A stretch of DNA of 64,000 nucleotides from Octopus vulgaris (taxonomy: Eukaryota), in the NCBI GenBank assembly GCA_951406725.2, contig OX597839.1, positions 310,001 through 374,000 on the forward strand. Reading direction: 5' to 3'. Below the pieces are notes generated by a model. The model was not told the origin of the DNA. It made no database searches and saw nothing but the letters and a program-made list of their open reading frames with translations. Each line of letters opens with the position of its first letter. Positions within the stretch are counted from its first letter, which is position 1. Shown here in pieces: positions 1 to 14,255 of this stretch. The position numbers were made by a program, and so were the translations under genes.

Positions 1-1187
1 AAGATCACAATCTCTCCGCTCCATGTCGTAGTCCACCATCCAACCGGGAGAGCGCCTTGCTCGTCGAGATCTTCTCAAGCTGGGCTCCTCGTTCTCCCCC
101 TCTCCAGAATCGTCGTCCGTTGAAGCGACAATCCTGCGAAGGTCCAAGACGTGTCGTGGCGTTCCATCTACTGATACGTTGTTTCTGGAATTGACCGCCG
201 TCACCGTTCCTCTGCTCCATTGAGACGTACAGCGCGCCTTTGGTGGCTTGACCCAGACTTCCTCCCCTATTTTCACGCAAACGGGTCCCTTCTCTTCCTC
301 GTGATCCTCCGGCGCTTTGTTCGGGTGCCTCCATTCATATTTGAACACAGCTCTCTGCGGCACAGAATCTTCAGCTTGTCCGGATCGGGGAGACAAGTTG
401 TACCAAAAAACTGCTTCAAGCGGCGAAATATGCCCTCTTTCCGCTATGGCCTTGACTGTCCGATGGTGCCTCTCCACGATCCTGTTACCGCTCGGTCTAT
501 ACGCTGCTCTGAACAAGCGTCGCACATTCCACCGATCAAGCATAACCCTCAATACTTCTGAACGAAACGCCGCCCCGTTGTCCATCAGTAGTTCTTCCAC
601 GGGACCTCTCTCTAAGAATATCCCGTTCAGGATCTGCGCGATCTCGTCAGCAATGCCCGATCTAAACTCCCTGCAAATGGCCAGCCGGCCCTGCCCGCAG
701 TCGACCATGGAGAGGTACATTCGCTGACGGTAGTGTGTCACGTCCACAGCTAGCCTTTTCCAGTTCTGCTCCACGGAAAGGCTTCCCTGTTCATGCTTAC
801 ACGGAGCAGGGTCGATGGACTGACACCTGTCGCAGCTCCCGACCACCTTCCAGATGCTTCTCCTAGTGACGTCAGCATCAATTTTCTTCGCCAGATACAG
901 GGTCCTGTCCACACCCAGGTGATGCATAGCATGCAGTTTCTTCAGTTCAGAGTCATCCAACCGACACGCCGCAGCTATCCCTTTCCGGGCCTCCTCCGGT
1001 TCTTCCAACCACGCTCTTTTCACCCTGGTCAGTACGTCCACCCTGTTTTTCTCCGAAGGCACGAAAACCACGCTCAGCTTCAGTCCGAACTCGGCGATCA
1101 ATTCACCTAGAACTCCTAGACGGCGCTTCACTAACATCTCTGCAGTGCCTTTCGTCCGCACTCTCCTTTCACAGGTGATCACCGATC

Positions 1188-2683
1188 CTACCCAGCCAAG
1201 CACAATGGCCGGATTTCAATCGTGCGCAGCCCCCATTTCAAGGCCAAGTTCACCCCTTTCAGCACCGCGTCTAATTCGGCGACATTGATGTGGTTGAAAT
1301 AATCTGCTTTCCGAAGCCAGGCCGCGTCCTCCACCGCAGCGCCTTCGATTGCCAACACCACCCCTATCGCTATACTGCTGGCATAACACCAGACGGTCCC
1401 GCATTCCGTCTTGGGCACGTACCAGACCCCCCCTGACCGGGTTTTCCGCTCTCGGCCTCTCCGGGATTTCCTGTATCATCGCCACCTTTTCTCACCTTGT
1501 CGCCCCAACTCTCCCCTTCTGCTCGTCTCTTGGTGTAACTACACGCCGTGCGCAGCCATCCAGCGATCGGGTAGTGACCGACCAACTTCCCACACGCCGA
1601 GAACAGCTCTCTCCTGCTGACGCTGGAACTCAGCTCTGGGATCTCATTTCCTCTCCGGAACACCAATTCACCCGATCCATTTCTTCGCAGCTTCAGCCCC
1701 AGCGCGGCTCCCCCTTCAATCGACTCCGGTGGCTTGGCAATCAGTCCGAACTTTTCCAGATGTCTAACTACCTCGTCGGCTGGCACTACAGTTTCGTCCA
1801 CCAAAATGTTGTCAATGTAGGAGCTGGTGGCCTTTCTAATCTTGCCGTCTGCCGCCATAATCTTCGGAGCGGAATTCAGCCCGAAACCCAGCCTGGTTAG
1901 ACAGTACGTCCGGCCCTTGTACCGCACCAGCTGATATCGCCACAGTTTGTCGCTCACATGGAGCTGCAAGTATGCCGATCTCAAGTTGACAATCGTCGCT
2001 GCCTCGGTTGACTGTCTTCACTTACGTAACGCCTCGCCACAAACGTCTGTCGCCTCACCTCCCGTGTGACACGATATGTGCTGGTTTAGCTCCCTGAAGT
2101 CCAGCACCGGTCTGACTTTCCCCTTCGTAGGCTGCACCACCGCCATCAGGGGTAGCACTCCGCCCGCTACCTCCTCCTTCCAAGGGACAAGGACCCCTTC
2201 CTCGATCCACCTCTCCACCTCGTCTTCAAACTCGACCCTGGCGTGGCCTTTCAGGGTATGCTGGTAACAGCTCACCCTGTTATCCAGCGTCGGGGGCTCG
2301 TCCTTCCATCGCCACTCTATCGTCCACCGCTGATCATCGAACGCCGCCTGAAAGTCTTTGTCCTCGATGGTGTAAGCGGCGCAGTCCCTCGCGGAGCTCT
2401 GCTCTCTCTGGCGATCCTGACTCGCAGTGCACGACGCCTCCACGCTTCCGAACGTGACCTCATTTCCCACAACACTGACGCCACCGAGGCAGTTGATGGC
2501 GTCCATCCCCATCACCACATCAACTCCATCTATCACGCGTTCGGCCACAATTGCCTGCAGCCTTAGCGTCGCACCGCGCACCACTATCTCTACCTTGCTG
2601 CTGCCTCTGCAACGGATTTCGCTGCCGTCGACCGCCCGGACACTACTCACTCCGTTCCATTCCTTCGTCACCCTCGAAGTCAC
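1188..2683 (-). pseudogene. Gypsy pol fragments (protease/RT/RNase H), frameshifted
   Basis: ORFs 2018-2683, 1370-1984 and 1188-1418 carry successive RT and RNase H motifs in different frames; catalytic YxDD reads YIDN. Confidence 0.8.
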
Positions 2684-3507
2684 AAGGGTGGTCGTACAGC
2701 CGCATCCACGAGGGCCTTGAACGTCTTCCCCTCGGCCTCCACGTCAATCAATGACAGCGTCTCCAATAGCGCCTCTACTCGTTTGCGGGGAAAGTTCGAG
2801 AGGCAGCAACTTCCCCGCGGTCGTTGCCCTGTCTGCCTGCATCGATAGCAAACGGGCCTCGGCTGTGTACAGTCCCGCGCCATGTGCGGTCCCTGGCATC
2901 TAAAACACCGTCCTGAGAACGGCCGCTCTCGTTGCATGATAAGCTTCTGTACGTCTTTCTCGGGACGTCGTCCGTCTTTACGCGCCTCCGTCACCGCCAT
3001 TGCCTTCCACCCAGAGTGTCTCGTCAAAACGCAGGTCTGAGCCACGAGTTCGCTCAGCGCCATCTTTTTAATCCCGGGCAGTCGTTGTAGGTGAATCCCT
3101 ACATCGTCGGGGAACCCATTCACAAACGCCAGCCGGGCTGCTCTCTCCAGCCCTTCTCCCGCAAACCCAGCCAGAGTCGCTAACCTTCTAACTTCTGCTG
3201 CATAGTCATCCTCTTGGCTTCCCGTCCACCTGATTGCACCTAGCTTAGCAAAAGCTGTGTATTCGCATTCCGTGTAGGCATCCCGCAAGCGTCGCTCTAT
3301 GTTCTCCTTGCTGAGCCGTTCCTCTTCATCCATCTCAAGGTATAGCGTTAAGGCACTCCCTTCTAAATACAGCGCCATAAGACTTGCAACATCGCTTATA
3401 CCTTGCAGTCTTGCCACCAGCCTGATTTTGCGAATCCAGGCCACTACATCGCCTTCACCATTAAAAAGTCTGACGACGTCGCTGGCGATCCTAATTTTTG
3501 CAGACAT
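2680..3507 (-). pseudogene. Gypsy gag (zinc knuckle) running into aspartic protease start
   Basis: 275-aa ORF with a CX2CX4HX4C knuckle and a second partial knuckle; C-terminus resembles the start of a retropepsin (KALVD). Confidence 0.8.
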
Positions 3508-3522
3508 CGTGGCGACGAATCG

Positions 3523-3838
3523 TGTTGAAATGTAAATGTTTAAGAACTGCCGAAATAGCTTGTGGTGTGTGCACGATTTGAATATAAAGGCACCTACCTT
3601 CTCTTCCTCATGATGGAGACCCTTCTGTGGTAGCTAATCCTTCGACACAGCCCCGACCCGAACACTAAAGATAGCAGCTGCTCACCCAAACCCTTAGCAA
3701 CCGTCCTCACACGTCTTGTCACCTGGACGACCCACGTTGGAAAGGCCCAATTGACCGCTGCCTGCGCACGCCTGGCAGCTGCCCTTCCGGTTGCCCCAGC
3801 TTCCGGTCAACGCTCCCAGCTGCTGACGTCATCCCACA
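3523..3838 (-). repeat. Putative 5' LTR of the Gypsy element (~316 bp)
   Basis: On the minus strand it begins TGTGGG at 3838 and ends TTTCAACA at 3523 (TG...CA termini), just upstream of the gag ATG. The partner LTR is outside the window. Confidence 0.5.
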
Positions 3839-4516
3839 GTGTCTATCATTGGAAAGGCCAAATTAGGCTGAAATTATCTAATCTAGTAGTCCGAGCAGTG
3901 GAACCAATAGTGATTGTCTGCCAATGGCAATAGCTGTGGTATACGTTTACGCATGGCTTCACCACGTTAGAGTTTTATCCCTTGGTAAATATTGCAGTAT
4001 TTCTTTGTTCTCATGCAACATCCGCTTTTAAGTGGTGAATATTTTACCTTTGCATGTGTCATAAATTTTGACAAATTAAACGGAAACACGACCAAGGAAC
4101 AAGCAGAAAATTCGCTCACAAGACACAGATGTGCTAATTCCTCGTCAGTTATCGCTTCCCCCCGAAATCCTTGCAATGTCCCGTCTATAATGATAATATT
4201 GTTCATATTTTGGTGTTGTCGACAGCGAAAAGCTGCTGGAAATATTGGGCAAACGATGGTGACATTGATGAAAATAAACACAACACGTAAATGTAAATAT
4301 ACAAAGTAAACAATAAGCGTACTAAATATATATTTTGTAAACAAAGGAAGGCTCTAAATGGAGAGAAATGTTTGGGTAACACAAAGGAAAATGTCCAGTA
4401 GGTCTGGAAACAGAAAGGGGACAGGTGGAAAGACTTAACAAAAGGTGTAAAAAAAATAAATTGTGTTGAAAGTAGAGAAAGAAGTAAGAGAAACCCACCA
4501 AGGTATGCTCAACTAT

Positions 4517-4611
4517 CTACACTCGACAAGTCCACACTTGATAGGCTACACTCGACAAGTCCACACTTGACAGGCTACACTCGACAAGCCCACACTTGAC
4601 AAGCTACACTC
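4517..4611. repeat. 29-bp minisatellite (CTACACTCGACAAGTCCACACTTGAYAGG) x~3.3
   Basis: Directly visible tandem copies. Confidence 0.85.
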
Positions 4612-4663
4612 ACCATTCTCCTTATCTCTCTCATTCACCCTTTTTCTTTCTCTCACTCTTTAG

Positions 4664-7600
4664 GTCTCTTTCGAACCTCTAAAGACAAGTGTGAGTGTGC
4701 CTTTCACGTTGGTTACATAGAAACCGAAGACAAAATGTTCTGTCAAAAAATTGATCGCATATGTCAGCCAGGACTGGAATTAAACTTTCGAGGTAGGTCA
4801 CATGATTCCTTAATTTCCTTATTTAATTATTCTTTCACAGATTAATAAGTGCTTCTCTTCTTCTCATATGCCACCAGTGAGGTATGGAAATAACGGCAGC
4901 TGAATTTCCTTGAAAGTTGATCTCATAACCATTGTCATCATCAGCACCATCTTTACTGCCATCATCATCACCACCACTGTCATCATCCTCATCACTACTA
5001 TCACCACCACTACCACCATCATCATCACTCACACCAGTACTATCGTCACCACCACCACCACCATCATCTTGACACCATGCAATAGTTGTAAATGAGTGCC
5101 ACTGTCATACAAGCAGGGTCGTTTCATTTCCAATCTTCCATGGAAGCATGTCTAGCCATGGAGGAAATAAAAGTTGACCTCAACCGGAAGAAGAGTGGGT
5201 GTTTGGCAACACTGATGACAAGGACTACAGCAGCAGCAGCAACAAGGGTCATGATGACAATGGCAACTATAACAATGATGGTGGTGGTGGTGGTGGTGGT
5301 AATGATAATAACAACGATGATGATGATGATGATGATATATAAATATGTAATTCATTTTCTTTTCTCATCCTCCCATTTTTGTTTTTTCTTACAGGTAGAT
5401 GCGAGACTTGTGCAGACGACCATTACAAATACTGGATTGGACATGGTTATTGCATTAAACAAATGGAGTAAGCCAGCTTTATTCGTTTTGTTATTTTATT
5501 TGTTTGTCATTGGATTACAGCCCCAGCTGGGGCAATGTCTTGAAGGGTTTAGTTGAACAAACTGACCCCAGTACTTATGTTTTTGTATTGTTTTTTAAAG
5601 TTGGGAATTTATTCTATCAGTCTCTTTTGCCAAACTGCTAAGTTACAGGAACATAAACAAACCAATACAGATTACAATACATAGCAGTATGTATTTCAGT
5701 CTGTAGGCCGAGAGAATCTCCTTATGAAAGTGCCAAACTGAGGTGGGTTGGTCAGTTGGTGTGCATGGAAGACACTCATTACCTAATCAGCATTTCAATT
5801 CCATTTTCCATCCTGGCATGGGTTGGACGGTTGGACTGAAAACAGGTAAACCAGGGAACTGCATCAGGTTCTAATCTGATTCGAGATGGATGCTCTTCCT
5901 AATGCCAACCACTCCACGGGTGTTGTGGGTGCATTTTACATGCCAGTTACATGAGACCATCATCAGACACAACTATGATCGCACTTGGCTTGATAGGGCT
6001 TCTCAAGCACAGGATATATTGCCAAAGGTCTTGGTCACCTGTCACTGCCTCTCAGAGACTCAGTGTCCGAACAATGCTTGTTACCTTCCACAGGTGTCAG
6101 TCACATGCCACTGGCATCGGCCACAACAATTTCACTTGGCTTGACAGGTTTTCTAAAACCCTTCATCATGGTCAGCTTAGCTCTGGTGCTAGGTCCCAAG
6201 GCTGCCCACTGCTCTGTTGTAAGGACACTCTAAACACCTAATTCCTTCCAATATACCGTTGTTTAACACTGGCATAAATGTATAGTCCAATTTCTGATCT
6301 GTCCTTTCTCCTTTTTCAGTTGTTCTAAAATACGTCTCTCCAAAATACCTGGAAATCATACAATCCCTGCCACATGTCTTGGCTTCAATGATACATGTCC
6401 TCGTAAGTCCTTTTGAACTGCACAAATATTTATCCATAATGCATTTATATATCTTTCGTATTTTACTTGTTTCAGTCATAAGACTGTGGCCACCCTTGCA
6501 AGCTATGCAGATGATACAAAAGCCTCGCAGAAAGTACAGAACCCCAACGATGTTGCACATCTGCAGCAGGAGTTGGACTCAATTTACAGATGGGCTGATT
6601 ATAATAATATGCAGTTTAATGCTGAAAAATTCCAAGCCCTGCGCTACTAGCATCCAAAACTGAATGTGAAACTTACAGGGTACACCAGTCCACAGGGAAT
6701 TTCAATCCCAGAGCCTAAATCAGTGAGAGACCTGGGTATCGACATGAGTGATGATACCTCTTTCCAAGTGCACATTACCAGGCCATCCTAGTAATGTGCA
6801 CTTGGAAAGAGGTATCATCACTCATGTCGATACCCAGGTCTCTCACTGATTTAGGCTCTGGGATTGAAATTCCCTGTGGACTGGTGTACCCTGTAAGTTT
6901 CATATTCAGTTTTGGATGCTAGTAGTGCAGGGCTTGGAATTTTTCAGCATTAAACTGCATATTATTATACTCAGCCCATCTGTAAATTGAGTCCAACTCC
7001 TGCTGCAGATGTGCAACATCGCTGGGGTTCTGTACTTTCTGTGAGGCTTTCATATCATCTGCATAGCTTGCAAGGGTGGCCACAGTCTTAGACAAAGTGC
7101 AGACGACTGGCTTGATGGATCCTAAGAACATTCAGAACCAGAGGGAAACCATGATGGGCCTCTGGCGGACATTCGTCCTCAATCACCTGCATTACTGCTC
7201 ACAGCAATGGTCACTCACCAGTGTGAAATTAACAGCAGACCTTGAAGCAATCCAGAGAAGATGCACAAAGAAGATCGTCTCTTTGCAACAGCTCAGCTAC
7301 TGGGAAAGGTCAAATCAGCTAAAACTCTACTCCCTAGAAAGAAGACTGGAAAGGTATGCAGTAATATATATCTGGAAGATCCTGGAAGGAACTGTGCCAA
7401 ATTTTGGCACTGAAAGCTACACCAATGCCAGAACGAGATGACACTGCACAGTGCCCAAAATCCCAGCAATGACATCGCGCTTCAGAACCAGTTACTGCAA
7501 CAGCCTGGATTTCAAGGGCCCACAGCTTTGTAATATTCTCCTAAAGAGTCTGAGGAACTTGCACAAAGTAGATGTAAGGGTTTTTAAATCAAAGCTGGAC

Positions 7601-7781
7601 TGCTTCCTGTTAAGAGTCCCAGATGAACCTACCTCATGGCAAGAGGTGCAAATGAGGGTAGCTACATCAAACTCCATTCTTCACCAAGTTCCATGTATTA
7701 GAGGAGGCTCTTAATAATAACAGTGTAGCAAAACGGTGGTGCATCAGCATGGCCGCAGCTCTAAGCTTATAATTGGAAAGG

Positions 7782-7816
<35 letters not shown>

Positions 7817-8868
7817 TCATCATCATATATATTATGACCCAAAATGGTGGCGACTGTCAGGGACCCATTTATATATAAAGCAAGGGAAGGGTCTCTACAT
7901 GGTTGCTCTGTCTGCTTGACATAACAGCTAGATCTCCCTGAAATTACACCCCATCCTTACTATCTTTAACAGATGGGAAGGTCACATTGGATTGGACAAG
8001 TCCTATATATCCTGTTTGCAATGAGGGTGGCTGGGTGGGGTGCTGCTAGTTGTGGCTGTAGTGTGTTGGATCATAGGTAGGTGTGTTGGATCAGATCTAA
8101 CCTGGGGCTAAACATCAACATTAACAGTAACTACTATCACTACTACTAGTGCTGCTATTGCTACCACCATTACCATCACAGCCACCACTCACCATTACCA
8201 CCGCCACCGCCAGCACAGCAATTACTATTGCCATAACTGCTACAACTTCAAAATCTATAAATCAATTTCTTTTCTTATTTCTTACTTTTATATGCTTTAT
8301 TATTTATTTTTTTTCTTTTTTAATTGAAACCAAAAGAAAAATCGGAAGAGACATCACTGGAGATTACAACTAATAAACTTGATAAAAACCCTACAAATTA
8401 CTCTGGGTAAGTGGCAGATTGATTTGACACTCAAGCACATACATGGGTCCATGCACATGCACACACATACACATTTTATACATACAAATAGATAGATAGA
8501 AATAGATATATATAGAGAGATAGATACATATATATATATATTCTATACATATCTATATTTATATATATCTATATATATATATATAAGGGAGAGTTTACAA
8601 AAACAACAAAAGATGAAGACAAGTAGTGTACAAAACAAACAGATGTATTAGTATAACGCTCAGGAATAGAAAAAGTCTTTTATGTTTCGAGCCTACACTC
8701 TTCTACAGAAAAGGACACAGAAAAAACAAGGAGAGAAAAAAAATGTGTCGAGTGGCTAACGAGACAGGTGGATATATAAGTACATTTGCAAATATAAATA
8801 TATATATATGTTTCCATATATATATATATATATATATATAATTAGAAGGTTGTTTGTTACAGTTATTT

Positions 8869-8922
<54 letters not shown>

Positions 8923-9189
8923 AGCGCATTCAAGGCAATGAATAGTTGTATTCAAAGTAATGATTAGTACATTTACGAAACCGGTATGCTTCAATCTCTT
9001 TAATAATTTCACAATAATGACTTTTATTACTTTTATTCCTACCTCAGTTCATCTAACTGTATATATATCATTCGTTACTTTTCATAAAAAGCCTTTACTT
9101 TTTTCTGATTTACAATGTGCATTTTCGTTGATTTTTCTTACTTTCCCCTGTGTAGTTTCTATTGTCTTTCTGTAACATATTTCTATTAA

Positions 9190-9232
<43 letters not shown>

Positions 9233-9736
9233 CAGAGCTTGTCTTTATTTGATGGTTGCTGTTCTTGAGGAGACCTGTTGAGTCAAGTGCGTCAGCATCA
9301 AAATGGGAATTCAGGTGGAAGTTGTAGTTGGGACACCCGTGCCGATGACACGTAAAAAGCACCGTCCAAACATGGCAGATACTAGCGTCGCCTAACTAGC
9401 GTCCGTGTCGGTGACATGTAAAAGCACCAACCAATCGTGGCCGTTTGCCAGCCTGCTCTGGTCCCTGTGCCGGTGGCACGTAAAAAACACCCACTACACT
9501 CGCGGAGTGGTTGGCGTTAGGAAGGGCATCCAGCTGTAGAAACACTGCCAAATCAGATTAGAGCCTGGTGTAGCCTCCATGGCTTACCAGACCCCGGTTG
9601 AACCATCCAACCCATGCTAGCATAGAAAACGGACGTTAAATGATGAGGATGATGATATACAGGAATAAGATGAGAAAGCCAGCAACATTCAGACAAATGT
9701 CTCTTTGAACTGGAAAGTCAAAACAAACACAAGAAT

Positions 9737-9811
<75 letters not shown>

Positions 9812-9986
9812 CGACACACACACACACACTCAAAAATACACACCATCCACAAATAAAAATCGTGCAATATGGGCAATTTGTTTTCATTATCTTTTCAGTA
9901 TTAAATTTAATGTATATAATGAATATAATTTTAATATGCAATATAAATAAATAAATAATTTTAGTATGTATAAATAATTAATATAA

Positions 9987-10027
<41 letters not shown>

Positions 10028-12581
10028 TGTATATGGGAATATATTTGAGTTTATATATCTCCTTCACAGGAACCGTCTACGCCTGCATAGCAGTTATTTG
10101 TGTACTCTTTATAATTACCGTCATACTATTTGCTTGTAAGTATAATAATTCTATCTGTTGTTCATATTGTACTTGTGTGATGACAGGCAGTGATAGGCTA
10201 GGAGTGGTTGTTGTGATGGTAGCCGGTTGTGTTGTGGTAGTTGTCGATGAGGTCACGGCACTGGTGTTTGTTGTGATGCTTGTTGCGGTGGTGGTTGATA
10301 TTGTGGTCGCGGTCGTTGTGATGGTTATCCTAATTGTTGGGTTGCATCAGAATATATGATGCTGGTTGTTTGTTGTGGAGGTGGTAGTGATGGTGGTGGT
10401 CGTTGCTGTTGTGGTTGTCTTGATTGTGGTCATTGTGATGGCAAATAGTGACTGTGGTGGTGGTAATCAACTTGTTGTTGTGGTAGTTGTTGGTATGGCA
10501 GTGGTTGTGGTGGTAGTAGCTGTGGGTTTTGTAACACTTGTTGTTGTTGTTGTTGTTAAAACAGTTGATATTGATGTTGTTGTTAATGTTACCATTGTCT
10601 TATTCAACTCTCTCTCTCTCTTCTATTTTTCCCACACACAACAGACATTGTAAGAATAAAACGTAAGTATAACCTGCAATATTTTCCTGCATCAAAACTG
10701 TTCACAACCAACAAAAACTTGCCACACCCTACACACATATACAGCCATGTGTAAAAAGCTTTACTGGTCACTGTACACTCTTTAGGTAGGGTACCCCATG
10801 ATTTATATACACAACATAAAGAAAATAGCACAACAAAAACAACAAACTTTGGACATATTACAAAGGTCTCGTCTTCTGTCACATAGGAGGGCTATGTGTA
10901 TAATATCAAATAAGTATTTATGTGTGTGCATGTGTGCATGTATATAGGTTTGTATGTATGTTTTTGTATATATGTTTATATATGCATATACATGCATATA
11001 TATATATATATATATATGCATGCATATATATATAGAAACCGATGCACTTGATGCAACCCTCAGGCATCATTCTGACAACAGGCATCACCGTGTGAAGTTG
11101 AACAGCCACATGGTGTGTCTTTGCTTTGCAATGATTCTCCCCTCTTCATCAATTTTTGCAATTGCTGAAACAAAGCAATAGCGTGCTTCCATGAAATTCT
11201 GTTTTCTACTGAGGAAAACAGTGACCGAAACAGTTGTCTAGCTTCAAACCGCTTACAAGGATACTGCTATGAGCAAAACATGAATTTATGAATGCTTTTC
11301 ACATTTTATGAATAGTCACTTGTTCAGGACAACCGTCGACCTCCTGAACAAATGAAAACATCATGAAAATTCATGAACCGATCTTGGAGGACCGCTGCTG
11401 AATAATTGACAAGCTCGTTGATTTGATTGGTGTGTCCTGGAGCTCCTACCAACAAATTTTGAATGAAGAACTGCATATGAAAAGATTTGCAGCCAAATTT
11501 GTGCCTCACTTGCTGATGGAAGATCAAAAGCAGTGACATCTGAATGCATGTCACAAACTGAAAGAACAGCTAGAAGTTGATCTGAACCTTTTTTTTTTTT
11601 TTGAAGGTCATCAACTGGTGATGAAAGCTGGTGATACGGAATTTGCAGGAGAGGAAGAGGTGAGGGGGAAAAAATGACGGAAGTGATAAAAAGCATCATT
11701 TTGCAAAGAGTTGCAGCATTGCTTCCAACAGAGAAGAATGCATCTGCATTGATGCATTGCTTCAAATGGAGAATACTTTGAAAGCGATAAGAGTGAAAAC
11801 ATGTAAAACTAAGTGAATAAAATAATATTCCAAAATTCCAGTTTCTTTTGGATACCCCCTCATATATGTGTGTGTATGTATACACACACATACAGACACA
11901 CACACACATATTTATATATCATCCAATGTTCTGTAATTGGTGAGATCAGCAAAATAAAGACTCTGTTCAGATTAAATTCAAGCTATAACGACTTTCCTGT
12001 TGTTTACAGCACAATAATCTGACAAGCTTGTATAGCATGTCGTGGGTTTCCAAGCTATCATCCAGGTTTTTAACAGCGTGAAACTAATTAACAGATTGAA
12101 TATAAATCCTGTGTATAGTGGTTTCAAATTTTGGCACAAGGCCAGCAACTTTAGGAGAGGGATAAGTCAATCATATTGACCCCCCAGCATTCAACTGGTA
12201 CTTTTTTTATCAACCCCAGAAGGATGAAATGTAAAGTTGACCTCAGTGAAATTTGAACTCAGAACGTAAAGACAGACAAAATGCTGCTGAGCATTTTGCC
12301 CAGCGTGCTAACAATTCTGCCAACTGACCACTTCAAAAATCCTGTATGCACACACACACACACACACAAACTCACACACACACGCTCACACACATACATA
12401 CATATATATACACATATATATACATATATATGTATGTATATAAGTATGTGTGTATGTATTTGTGTGTATGTCTATGTATGTGTATCCTGTGTTTGTGGAG
12501 ATACGTCTCCCAACTGTTTACACTTGAACAAATGAGATATTTATATATGTATGTTTATATGTATGTATATATATATATGTA

Positions 12582-12626
<45 letters not shown>

Positions 12627-12637
12627 GTGTATATATA

Positions 12638-12676
<39 letters not shown>

Positions 12677-14057
12677 GAGTATATATATATATATATATAT
12701 ACATACATAAATATATATATATATATGTATATAAATGTACGTACAGATATATATATACATAAACCAATACACCTGTCACTAAGTGTTATGGCTGTTTATA
12801 CACCTTACCACTGAACTTAAAAGTGTGTTGGAGCTGGAAGGGTTTGTTGTGGGAGGGTGTGTAGATGTCTGCTGTAAATGGTAAATGCCAAATTTCATGT
12901 TTCTTCATTTCTTTCTTCTGCAGATCAAAGCCGCAAGAAACGTAAGTAATAACTTCTTCACATATTAAGACAAACTAAAGAGGGAGTCAACAAATGGTTA
13001 GTTAACCTGCTAGAAATAGCAAGTCAGATGCCCATCAAAGTGTACTTTTCTGACTTGAAAATATGAAGGACACTCTAGGTAGTGTATACACCGTGTCAGA
13101 GTAAAAGACATGACACATTAAATGATGTAGTCCTGGATACACTATGCCACAATAAAATACAGGATACATTTGATGATTTAGTCTTAGATACACTATGTCA
13201 GAATAAAGGAACAGGCTACATTAGATGATGTTGTCTTAGATACTCTATGCCAGAAAAAACAACTGGATACATTAGATAATGTTGTCCAAGATACACTATG
13301 CCTGAATAAAGACAAAGCACCTTCGATAATGTAACCCCAGGCCAAAACTGAATCAGTTGGTCTATTATTAGTTACGCACCATCGTACAACATTGGCAATT
13401 CTACAAGTCATCTTTGTCTTGAAGAAATGTATTATATAATTACCTGTAAATTAATTTTATTAAATTTTAATGGGAATTTTATAATGAAATGTTGTCACAA
13501 ATTTCAGAAGGCATTTAAATATTTCAATTATTAATTATAATTGATTTTAATATGTTATATAATAAGCACAATTTTTCTGAAAAAAAGTTTGCTATATTTA
13601 ATGAATAGATAACTATTTGTCATAGAATCTCTGTTTCTAACTATCAAAATGTAGAATTCTTATGTTTGGTTTTTATTCTTTTGTTATCCACTGGCATGCT
13701 TGAGAAAACCTGTTGAGTCAAGTAAAACCAATATCGTAGCCGGGGTCAGTGCCCCCTGACTGGCTCCTGTGCCAATGGCACATAAAAAGCACTATCCAAA
13801 TGTGCTCGTTGACAGTCCTGCCTTACTGGCTCCTGTGCAGGTGGCACATAAAAAGCACCAATCGAATGTGATTGATGCCAAGCCCACCTCACTGGCTCCT
13901 GTGCTGGTTGCACGTAAAAAGCACCCACTACACTCTCAGCTGTAGAAACTTTGCCAGACCAAATTGGAGTCTGGTGCAGCCGCTAGCTCTCCAGACCTCA
14001 GTCAAACCGTCCAACCCATGCCAGCGTGGAAAATGGATGTTAATCAATGATGATGAT

Positions 14058-14089
<32 letters not shown>

Positions 14090-14201
14090 ACACACACACA
14101 ACACACACACACATAAATATAGCAGAATAATAAAAAAAGTTCTTGGTACAGTATTATATATCTGAAAAAATTAGTAGAGATGGCATCCATATTTTTTCAA
14201 A

Positions 14202-14255
<54 letters not shown>

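Larger units (their letters stand above)
1..3838 (-). mobile_element. Degenerate Ty3/Gypsy LTR retrotransposon (gag-PR-RT-RNaseH-IN order), running off the left edge
   Basis: Minus-strand ORF pieces: gag with CCHC knuckle (CFRCQGPHMARDC, 2680-3507), protease-like ALVD and VVMGMD, RT (RPVLDFRELN; RLGFGLNSAP; YIDNIL), RNase H-like (HINVAELDAVLKG), and integrase-like fragments toward position 1. Several frameshifts. GC-rich relative to the flanks. Confidence 0.9.

Noticed and set aside
220-2754. Plus-strand ORFs over the first 3 kb
   Set aside because: Antisense shadows of the GC-rich Gypsy pol with no recognisable motifs.
4517-4611. 29-bp repeats of CRISPR-like length
   Set aside because: Head-to-tail with no spacers; an ordinary minisatellite.
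10190-10600. Val-rich multi-TM ORFs (10033-10359, 10366-10653)
   Set aside because: (GTG/GTT)n low-complexity intron; only the 10070-10135 and 10645-10662 exons are supported by splice signals.
12281-12814. [12 protein letters not shown]-rich ORFs here and at 60606-62304
   Set aside because: Translations of (TA)n/(CA)n microsatellites.
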